Positions 46,554 to 55,241 of a stretch of DNA of 64,000 bases are shown in pieces. This stretch comes from an uncultured bacterium (GTDB taxonomy: Bacteria; Myxococcota_A; Bradymonadia; UBA7976; VGTA01): positions 22,682-86,681 of the forward strand of contig CALSSE010000014.1 of the NCBI GenBank assembly GCA_943788935.1, written 5' to 3'. Numbering within the stretch: the first letter of the stretch is position 1; each line of letters begins with the position of its first letter. Below the pieces are notes generated by a model. The model had not been told where the DNA came from. It ran no database searches and saw nothing but the letters and a program-made list of their open reading frames with translations. The position numbers and the translations under genes were made by a program.

Positions 46554-46808
46554 TGGAGTTAACCTGTTTTCGTGGGCACATTCGGAAATAAAGGTAATGA
46601 CAGCTATATGTCTAGAAAGCGATACCCAGAAGAATACAAGAGACACCTCCTCAATCTCGTTCGAAAAGGACGTACTCCTGAGTGGCTCGCTCAAGAGTAT
46701 GAACCTTCTACGCGAACCATTCACCATTGGTTGAGAGCTGATGAAGGCACAACTCAAACTCACAAAACTGATCTAACAACAAATGCTCAACTACTTAACT
46801 CCGATTGA
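46554..46808 (+). mobile_element. IS3-family remnant (left IR plus truncated OrfA HTH)
   Basis: TGGAGTTAACCTGTTTTCGTGGGCAC IR-like start; ATG 46608 MSRKRYPEEYKRHLLNLVRKGRTPEWLAQEYEPSTRTIHHW. Confidence 0.8.
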
Positions 46809-46973
46809 TTTTGAGCGCCAACTCACGGATCATACACCTCATCAATCCCAAATCTAGCACTGCTGTACGAAAACCTTAGGGAAGTTTATTTGAGAAAGGT
46901 CATTGTTCTTTTGTAGTTCGATCATATTTTTCACAATATATCTTCTTTAGTTTAAAGCCCAAATAGAGGAATA

Positions 46974-48899
46974 ATGAACGGAAAAAACATTGTACTCACC
47001 GGTGTATTCACTGAAATAAAACGCTCGGAAGCAACAGCTCAGTTGAAAGCGATGGGCGCGAGCATCGGTAGTGGAGTCACAAAGAAGACCGACATATTAT
47101 TTGCTGGAGAGCGTGCCGGTTCAAAGCTGGCAAAAGCCGAGGCTCTTGGAATCCAAGTGCTTGGAGAAGCAGGCTTGATGGCCGTTTTGCGAGGTGACAG
47201 TGAACTCAGCATAACGGCTACTCTACCAACTACGATCCATTCAAAAACGTCGTTGGAACAAGTCACCGAACAAGCCGCTAGGGTGCTCGATACACCTATA
47301 GCACCACCTGAACAGGATATGAGCCTGCCATTTTGGACTGAGGTACCATATACTGCACCAACGCTAGAGCCGGAAACACCACCACTCAGCACGCATGAGA
47401 CGATTCTAAAGCTACTGAAGAAGACAGAGTCTCCTGTCTCATGGGGTGCACTAGGTATACCGATAGGGAATAGTGCTCGACTCTGGGCACACCCTAATGG
47501 TGTCCATTTATTCCGCCAACGCGGCGAACGATACGTCTTGCTAGACAGCCTCGAACGAGGAGGTCGTTCGTGTGTATTTTCTTCTCACTCAAGCGTTGCA
47601 GGGCTACTCAGCTCTGACAGCAAAGATCAGCATTGGGTGTACCTTATCAGTATCAAAGGTGGCTCACTGAACTACAATAGAAAGATGAAGGTAACAGCAC
47701 ATCTCACCAATGATTGGCGTGATACCGAGCTCTCTGAAGACAACGGCCACATTATCATGCGGACAACCGCTTCAGCCGATGAACAACGACAATGGGTACT
47801 TCAAAATCTCGAAGTTGTCAGCCACAAACACGCGATAGAAAAACAGCAAAAGAAGGCCTTACGTGACCTCGCAAAGTCAGTGAAATTAAATGGTGGCATG
47901 GGATTAGTTCCTTCCAGTGATGCAGTGGCGCTCCCCACATATACAGTCCATAATCAGATAGCCAAAGTTTCTGATGGGCCGGCTCTTTGGACTGGACAAG
48001 ACGGACATACATGGGAGTTTGTTCCTTATCTAGGTGAGCGTTATCCCAAAGCTATGCATGGTACCTATCTGTTAGAATATCTCCGCCCAGATGGAACACG
48101 TGTACCCATAGACCTTGGAGTCACTGAGGGGATACGTGAAGGCTATCCGAGACTTTGCGGTGACTATTTACCCCGCATCGGTATTGCTTACAATCGCCAA
48201 CAGCGAAGAGAGATCGATAAATGGGATAATCGAGTTGAGCTCGTCGAGGCGGTATTGAGCAACATGCGTGCTGCGCTGTATGAAGGCTTTTATGCGCACG
48301 TATTCGATGATCACAGCAAAGCGCTCGTTTTTAGCATGCCCGCAGGTATGGCCTTTGAAGTTGATTTAAACACAGGCAGTAGCCGGGTAATCGATGTGGG
48401 TATATCGCAATATCAACAACAGCGCCGGGGTCGCGTACTCGAAATGAGTGTCCGGTCCGATCGGTCTTTTCTGATTCGCTTTGAATCCTGTGTGTGCTCG
48501 GGCCATCTCGATAAACCGCTAGACCTCAAACTTGGATGGGGACGAAGCCTTCGTGTCCATCCCAATGTTTTTGTTATGTATGGCGCCGATGAACCACTCT
48601 CTCTGAGACCAGAGACACAGCTGAGTTTCTTCATGGAGTATGACATGCCCACCTATGCAGGAATGACATGGGTCGATGGAAAACACGTCCCGTGCCGCCA
48701 CCTCCTCCCCTGGCATCAATTCTCACTGCCATTTAGCGGACTAGAGCTGACTATGCCAAACAATACATTGTACGCAGTAGACGAAACAAGATGCTTTAAA
48801 TTTGAGGGATTGTCAGCTGCGATCGAGTTTTTGACAACGACATGGGTTCATGCAGATCGCGACACAGCCCCGACCCCAAACCCCGGCTGGAACTTTTAA
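46974..48899 (+). CDS. BRCT-domain protein (LigA-type BRCT at the N-terminus plus ~550 aa of unknown sequence)
   Basis: GKNIVLTGVF...RSEA...MGA....VTKKTDILFAGERAGSKLAKAEALGIQVL; GAGGA RBS. Confidence 0.85.
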   Translation: MNGKNIVLTGVFTEIKRSEATAQLKAMGASIGSGVTKKTDILFAGERAGSKLAKAEALGIQVLGEAGLMAVLRGDSELSITATLPTTIHSKTSLEQVTEQAARVLDTPIAPPEQDMSLPFWTEVPYTAPTLEPETPPLSTHETILKLLKKTESPVSWGALGIPIGNSARLWAHPNGVHLFRQRGERYVLLDSLERGGRSCVFSSHSSVAGLLSSDSKDQHWVYLISIKGGSLNYNRKMKVTAHLTNDWRDTELSEDNGHIIMRTTASADEQRQWVLQNLEVVSHKHAIEKQQKKALRDLAKSVKLNGGMGLVPSSDAVALPTYTVHNQIAKVSDGPALWTGQDGHTWEFVPYLGERYPKAMHGTYLLEYLRPDGTRVPIDLGVTEGIREGYPRLCGDYLPRIGIAYNRQQRREIDKWDNRVELVEAVLSNMRAALYEGFYAHVFDDHSKALVFSMPAGMAFEVDLNTGSSRVIDVGISQYQQQRRGRVLEMSVRSDRSFLIRFESCVCSGHLDKPLDLKLGWGRSLRVHPNVFVMYGADEPLSLRPETQLSFFMEYDMPTYAGMTWVDGKHVPCRHLLPWHQFSLPFSGLELTMPNNTLYAVDETRCFKFEGLSAAIEFLTTTWVHADRDTAPTPNPGWNF

Positions 48900-49111
48900 A
48901 GTCGACTGTGTAGAACCATTCTACATCTCGCAATAAAGTAAATAAGTATCAGCCTGTAAACAAGTATAAACAAGTTTTCTGCCGTACTCTTTTGTTAGAT
49001 AATTTTAAAGTCGACTGTGTAGAACCATTCTACATCTCGCAATAAAGTAAATAAGTATCAGCCTGTAAACAAGTATAAACAAGTTTTCTGCCGTACTCTT
49101 TTGTTATATAA
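48894..49111 (+). repeat. 109-bp tandem duplication (2 copies, 1 mismatch) containing a TGTAGAA-CCA-TTCTACA hairpin
   Basis: Copies at 48894-49002 and 49003-49111. Confidence 0.95.
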
Positions 49112-49717
49112 AAATTACCAACAAGGCACTTAATAAATCATTGACAAGGTTAACAAATAATCAGCCAAAAGTTTTCATTAAACCCCTTTTCGATCGAAGT
49201 CTGTCTCAAAACGTACATCTGGTGTAATGAACTCTAAAATACCCAAAAGCATATCGACGAGCGTACCCACTAGGCTGCTAGAATGGCCATAGTTGTTAAA
49301 ATTCAAGCTCAAGTTTAACGACAATGCGGGTATTAAGACTTTGAGTATCCGTGTCATTTTACTCGTCTGATTAACCTTCGATTTCATGTAGTCAATGTGG
49401 CACCATATAGATAATTGATCATTAAGCTATATAAGAAAATTAGTTTAACAAGGTTGTTAACTAAAAATCAGAGTGTCTAGATCAGAATGTCTCATAGATC
49501 TTCTTTTCTCCTTCTCAGAGACTTTCTTCTAATTTATGCCAAAACCTATATCAAAATTCTACCACTGCTCTACCAAGAGATCACGCTGTATATGGTCATT
49601 AGTCCTCAACTGACTTATGGACTCTAGACCCCAAATAGATCTAATAAAGAGTATAAATGATCTCTCATACGCCCATTCATGCATACGATTTCAAGCGTTA
49701 TTCCGACTGCAAACATA

Positions 49718-49733
49718 TGGCATGTACATTGCA
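49718..49733 (+). promoter_or_regulatory. Sigma54 (-24/-12) promoter
   Basis: TGGCAT-GTACA-TTGCA, near consensus with GG-N10-GC, about 70 bp upstream of 49806. Confidence 0.8.
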
Positions 49734-49805
49734 TAAGCATTCGATCGTGTAGATTCTTATATTACATTTCGTAGTGCTACACAGGATTTAACACTAAACC
49801 AAAAA

Positions 49806-50993
49806 ATGAGGTCTTCGATGAAGATTGATATAAAGCCAAAAGTGATTGTAAGTATCAAACTCCTTCACACCATTACACTTTTATTGTGTCTGAGTTATAT
49901 TGCGGGATGCGCAGATCCACTAGCTAAAGCGGAAGAAGCAGGTATTCCTCGTAACACCAATGCTGACTATGATGAGATTATTAATGACTATGAGGAAGAG
50001 TCTCAAGAAGCAGATATGGAGGTCTCAGCAGATATGGAGGTCTCAGCAGATATGGAGGTCTCAGCAGATATGGAGGTCTCAGCAGATATGGAGGTCTCAG
50101 CAGATATGGAGATCTCAGCAGATATGGAGGTCTCAGAAGACATGGAGACCACTCCCATGTGTGAGATTCCACCTGGAGGACAATGTGCGGGTGATATCTT
50201 TGAAGAATGTCGTGGAAATGTCGTGGTACAAATTAACTGTGCTGAGCAAGAAGAGCGTTGTATAAGTGATGATCAAGGCACACGGTGTGAAGCGGAAGAA
50301 GTAGAAGAAGAGATTGATCTTTGTGTTGTCACTTCTTGTGGAGGAAGAGGGTGGTGTGAGCAAGGAAACTGTATCTGTGACCCGGGGTATCAAGGTATAG
50401 ACTGTAATAGCTGTGCACCAGGATGGCAGATTAATGAATTTAATTCTTGCGAACCCTTTACCCGACTGTATGGTACAGAAGCGAACGATGAGATTTTTGG
50501 TGGAGATGCAGGTGAAATCATCCGAGGTCGTGGTGGCAATGATACGCTCAAAGGCTTTGGAGGAGAAGATTATATTAATGGAAATGGTGGTAACGACTAC
50601 ATCAATGGTAATACAGGTAGAGATTCAGTCCATGGTGGTTCAGGTGATGATATAGTTAATGGTGGTCAAGATAATGATGCACTGTTTGGTAATATAGGTG
50701 ATGATGAACTTAATGGAGGTCAAGGAAATGATAGGCTTGTCGGTGGTGATGGAGATGATGATTTACTAGGGGGTCTTGGAGATGACCGGTATTCACTTGA
50801 TGGACTTGGACATGATTGGATAAATGATACAGATGGTATAAATGTCGCTCGATGTGCTCCAGGTGTGCGTGTAGATAGACATGACCTAGATGCTGCTACA
50901 GGCGAACACGTCCTCACATTCTCATCTGGTGGCACTCTAACCTATTATGAAGATGACTTAAGGTCAGTGTCAGGCTGTGGTATCACTTTATAG
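49806..50993 (+). CDS. Lipoprotein with (ADMEVS)n linker, EGF-like domain and RTX Ca-binding repeats
   Basis: Lipobox YIAGC; CICDPGYQGIDC; GGxGND repeats. Confidence 0.88.
   Translation: MRSSMKIDIKPKVIVSIKLLHTITLLLCLSYIAGCADPLAKAEEAGIPRNTNADYDEIINDYEEESQEADMEVSADMEVSADMEVSADMEVSADMEVSADMEISADMEVSEDMETTPMCEIPPGGQCAGDIFEECRGNVVVQINCAEQEERCISDDQGTRCEAEEVEEEIDLCVVTSCGGRGWCEQGNCICDPGYQGIDCNSCAPGWQINEFNSCEPFTRLYGTEANDEIFGGDAGEIIRGRGGNDTLKGFGGEDYINGNGGNDYINGNTGRDSVHGGSGDDIVNGGQDNDALFGNIGDDELNGGQGNDRLVGGDGDDDLLGGLGDDRYSLDGLGHDWINDTDGINVARCAPGVRVDRHDLDAATGEHVLTFSSGGTLTYYEDDLRSVSGCGITL
50010..50147 (+). repeat. Coding 18-bp VNTR (GCAGATATGGAGGTCTCA), 7 units plus a partial
   Basis: Read directly from the sequence. 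Confidence 0.95.
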
Positions 50994-51446
50994 TTCTATA
51001 TATTCGTAAAAGGTCAGTAAGCGGAGGTCAGAGGATCTACTTATACTCTCCAAAGATTGAGCGTTGTTGCGCGCATTTTAGTAAATAGTTCACTTATGAA
51101 AGTTAAGTGTCTATTTTTTGTATGACAAAAATATCTAGCTGCTACCCTCATGTAGCCCCCCCTAACATACTTTAAATAATTGACTAAATGAGCATAAACT
51201 CTTCACACCTGTCCGCTGCGTCAACTCTCGAACAGTTAAAGTGTTGAAAGATTGCACACCCATTACGGATTAAGATTTGGCAAACTGTACTACTAAACTA
51301 TCCGCTACTTCAAACGACTAGAATCAATGAATAGAGACTGGGGATACGTGAGGCTGCTACCTTGTTTAGACCTTGTTTAAAGATATTTGGCCTACCTTAT
51401 TTATGTACCTTGTTAGTTCTAAGATACTTTCAAAGTTCTCTTATCC

Positions 51447-52883
51447 TTATTCGCAAGTACTATTCAGAATCAAGTCATCAAACCTAAGATGAGCTGGAAC
51501 TGCTCCACTGCCACCGGAAAAGGCCAATATCCCACCCTTGAATCGACTTACGATTTGACTAGAACGTATCTTTTCTTCGCCATCATAAGTGACTACTAAG
51601 TCTCCATCAATAATTTGAATTCTAACATCATGCCATGCTCCATCTAATAGGTTAGGAATCGCTGCCCATGGATGATCTGGGTCATTGCTCGGAGGAGGAT
51701 AATTACATATATCATCGATGGGAATCTCGACATAATTCCCTTCTTCATCAGTAGTATGATGCGGATGCATTAAGTATCCATCATAAGTGATGGCAATATG
51801 TGGATCTGGGGTAGGGTCTTGATGGGGATTACGTGCACAAGTGTTATAATAAGTATCAAACTCGACAGTGAATGCCTCTGGTCTGGCAAAGGTACCCATG
51901 GTCTCAGCTTGGGTTAATTCATTACGATAAAGGCTATAGCCCATCCGACTACCAGATAAGGTCAAAAATGTTTCAAGGCTAGGTATAGCCGTTGCGGGTA
52001 ATTTCCAAAAGGTCATCGCTAAACCATCTGAGATCTGTTCATTGAGTGGAACATTTAGATTAAGCTCTGCTTCAACCGCCAATTTAAATGACACATCAAG
52101 TGCAACCGCTTGAATGGGCTGACCGACCAAAAATATACCACCGACAGAGCTTGGCGTTTGATCAGTCATTTCCAACCAACCGCCCTCAGCTTGGTAGGCA
52201 TCACCCATTGTATACCAATTAAGTGGATCTAAAGGTGCTGAGAAATCTGTTTCTATGACGCATGGCACATGAACGATCACCTGTGTTGACCACTCGAAAT
52301 CCGGGTGGGCAAAGGCTGAAAGAGTCAGTGTATGAGTACCACGGGTGAGTTGATTCAGTTCTGATGTAATACTAAGTGTTACCGGGTCATAGGTAGTGAG
52401 TAAAGGACCTTGTAAGGAAGATTCTAAATAAATCCCAATCGTTCTAGGGTCGATATTTTCTATGCCCACTACAGCCTGTAATAGACCAGGACTCTGTCTA
52501 GATAGCTGCATTTGATCCAATGGTGCACTAATGGTGATCTCTACTCTTGGATCATCTGGACATGGATCATCTGAACCACCACACTGTTCTACATAAGAGT
52601 CGAGACTTACATTCATATCAACAGTCACTTCATAATCTTCTTGAGCTACTTCTTGGTCAATATAGTTGACTCCCATATCAACAGTCATACTTAAATCTAT
52701 GGTATCCATATCTTGACTAATCATATCTTGATTGGCCATATCCCTAAGGTCTTTCTCTCTTGTCGAGTCTGTATCATCACAAGCGTTTTGGGATAGTAGA
52801 CAAAACAAGATAATAGCCCTTAACATGATTGGGCTTAAAAGGCGTGGCAATGTAATAAAGTGTCTAGTTAAGTTATAACGCAT
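51447..52883 (-). CDS. Lipoprotein with L-type (legume) lectin-like domain
   Basis: Signal ending SQNAC; DM-rich linker; SDGLAMTF, AFTVEFDTYYN, PHIAI, DGAWHDVRI, LAFSGGSG. Confidence 0.8.
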   Translation of the reverse strand: MRYNLTRHFITLPRLLSPIMLRAIILFCLLSQNACDDTDSTREKDLRDMANQDMISQDMDTIDLSMTVDMGVNYIDQEVAQEDYEVTVDMNVSLDSYVEQCGGSDDPCPDDPRVEITISAPLDQMQLSRQSPGLLQAVVGIENIDPRTIGIYLESSLQGPLLTTYDPVTLSITSELNQLTRGTHTLTLSAFAHPDFEWSTQVIVHVPCVIETDFSAPLDPLNWYTMGDAYQAEGGWLEMTDQTPSSVGGIFLVGQPIQAVALDVSFKLAVEAELNLNVPLNEQISDGLAMTFWKLPATAIPSLETFLTLSGSRMGYSLYRNELTQAETMGTFARPEAFTVEFDTYYNTCARNPHQDPTPDPHIAITYDGYLMHPHHTTDEEGNYVEIPIDDICNYPPPSNDPDHPWAAIPNLLDGAWHDVRIQIIDGDLVVTYDGEEKIRSSQIVSRFKGGILAFSGGSGAVPAHLRFDDLILNSTCE

Positions 52884-53199
52884 ACTAATTTCCAATCGAG
52901 AATATTAAGACTACATATTCTGCTAAGAGCCTACGCCAAGAATGAAGAAGGAACAAGTTTGAACCACTCCTTGGGCATGAGCTTACATGACCTTAGTTTA
53001 GTATAAACTTAGTCGCCCCCTCAGGATATATCGCCTCCCCTAGATCAAATAAAACAAACAAGATTAAATAAAACTAATAAAGTTGGTTCAAAATTAAACA
53101 TAATGACAGCTTAGGACTCGAATACTTATCCATTTAGGCACGCCTCTCCTCTCCTAATCCCAAGCGAGCGAAGGTGTATATCACGTCAACATGTGAACA

Positions 53200-53648
53200 C
53201 CTATGCGGTTAAACAGCAGACTCTAGTGACGATGGCGCTCTGATAGACGCGAGTTGACCTCATATAGCAGAGTCGAATGAACAACCACCGAAGAGCGGAA
53301 CGCCACCCTCTGGGAAGTGAACGCAGATGTTTTCAACCCCATTCGCGATCGCCTCTCTCAAAGTCGCCGAGGCCTTCTGGAGCTGCGCCTTAAATGCGTA
53401 ATATGCTGACTTGAACGTCTTCAGCCGCCTCACCCGCTGTCACCTCGCCCGCTATCGCCTCCCCAGCTGCGACCTCACCCGCGCTTACTTCGCCTGCAGT
53501 AGAATCGCCGGCAGTGACCTCGCCAGCTGTCATCCACCAGCAGTAGGTTTATTGTTGTCATCATCCTTGCAAGCGATGAGAAAAGATAAAAATCTCCAAC
53601 ACAAAGAGCTTTTGAATACCTTGCAAAGGTAAGAATATTGATATGCAT
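53200..53648 (-). pseudogene. Frameshifted AGE-repeat lipoprotein
   Basis: Pieces lie in different frames: MHINILTFARYSKALCVG / FLSFLIACKDDDNNKPTAGG / MTAGEVTAGDSTAGEVSAGEVAAGEAIAGEVTAGEAAED. The 3' boundary is approximate. Confidence 0.7.
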
Positions 53649-54224
53649 TGTGTATATCTTTATTAAAGAATTTGACTAGTGTTTATTATTTAAATTTTGT
53701 CGAAAAATATACCAAAAAACATCAAAACTAAACAGATAATCATATGACATCAAACAAGCCGATAAAAGGAATGTAGCGAAGAGTTTCTAATACGCGGTGG
53801 TGAGGGTGATGTCGATCGCAGGTGCTCCGTTGACCTTGAGCGAGCTCGGCTGGATCGAAGAGGATCTTGTTAGGGAAAGAGTTTTGGTTCTTTTACTGTC
53901 TGTGCTAACCAAGATGCGACTCCCAATCGCTGTGATGCGATGGGTGATCTGCCCATCATTCCTTATAATGATGACGCGGTTTAAAGCGTACTTTAACGCC
54001 TCACGGTGCGAGAGATGGTATACCTGCGCCTCTTGAGCAACGCTTTCAATACGCCCGACGTTGCTGATCAACTTCACCGGCAAGACCTGCCCCCATGTGT
54101 GACAGACGTATCACATTGTAGGAATGATTCGCCTAAAATGTAAGTTTCGGGTAAGCTGATTGGGTTCAACTGTTAAACATATTCAATCGTGATCCCGCCC
54201 TGTGGCCCATCGCCCAATAGATAC

Positions 54225-54410
54225 TCAAACTGTGCTTGATCTTGTGGCCTGACGACGAGCAATACCTCTACGGATACCCGCGAGCATCAATGCCGACATA
54301 GGTAAACAAATCATGCTCTTATCATAAATAGGCAGGAGCTGCTTACATGTCGCAACCGAAGCAAGAAAGAGCCTTGATCCAGTACCTCCAGCTAGAACTA
54401 TTCCCGTCAA
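54225..54410 (-). pseudogene. rfbA: Glucose-1-phosphate thymidylyltransferase N-terminal fragment
   Basis: GIVLAGGTGSRL...KQLLPIYDKSMI.LP.S.LMLAGIR, after which similarity is lost (about 48 aa). Confidence 0.9.
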
Positions 54411-55052
54411 TTGTCATCTTCCTTCTGTCTCTGAACACCTAATCGCTCTTGCTGGTAAGAACTTGTTTCTGAGATTTATTCAAGCCACTCTTGAGCATCT
54501 AAGTACCAACTGATGGTTTTGGTTATGCCTTCGGTGAAGGTCACAGATGGACTCCAGTTGAGCTCCGTCTTAATCTTGGTCATGTCGACGGTCTTGAACG
54601 TAAGTAATTTGCTCTGCGTATTGTCGACCGTCTCTCCTCGGCTTGAGTTCATCAAGCAACGTACAAATAAGCTGGACAAGCTCAAGGTTCGAGAGTTCAG
54701 CTTCACCACTAATACTCCACACCGTCCCTAGTTGAGCTTCCTCAAGGACTCGAAGTATACCTGCGATATGGTCATCTGCATGTATCCAGTCTCTTAACTG
54801 TTACTACCATCTCCATAAATAGGTAACGGCTCACCCTTGAGACATTTCATGATCATGAGCGGTATGAGCTTTTTAGGGAATTGCCAAGGTCCATAGTTAT
54901 TGCTGCAATGAGTCATGAGTGTTGGTAGCTTGAAGGTCTTATTCCAAGCCCTCACGAAATGGTCTGAAGCGGCCTTGCTCGCAGCATATGGTGAGTTCGG
55001 GAGATAAGGAGATCGCTCTGTAAATGGATGGTCATCAAAACCTAAAAAACCA
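54407..55052 (-). pseudogene. rfbB: dTDP-glucose 4,6-dehydratase C-terminal remnant with frameshifts
   Basis: [27 protein letters not shown]...[19 protein letters not shown]...LPIYGDG / RDWIHADDH...ITYVQDR / IKTELNWSP...TISWYL*. The N-terminal half is absent. Confidence 0.92.
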
Positions 55053-55241
55053 CCCTTCGTTCAAGATCCCGCTACCATGCGCCATTTAAAGTTGGTCAAC
55101 GAGTTCTGACAGAGCTAAATCAATAGACCCTAATCATCAATGCAGATACATTTAGATAAGAACTCATAAGAGATTATGATAATAGATACTAACAAGAATT
55201 CAGTAAGTATTTGATAAAACCTTAATAGACCATTCTGGACC

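Noticed and set aside
48907-48960. Tn7-like end (TGT...CAATAAAGT)
   Set aside because: There is only one matching site per unit, the spacing from TGT is wrong, and no tns genes are present.
46770-49111. Integron cassette/attC around the BRCT gene (ATCTAAC at about 46771, GTTAGAT at about 48994)
   Set aside because: The two motifs are 2.2 kb apart and in the wrong arrangement. No compact R''-L''-L'-R' palindrome and no integrase are present.
49178-49387. 69-aa minus-strand ORF
   Set aside because: It has no RBS or motif, lies in AT-rich intergenic DNA, and cannot be supported.
53787-54083. IS66 transposase remnant (ALKYALNR)
   Set aside because: The resemblance is limited to about 8 residues and the DNN-x-x-ER motif is absent.
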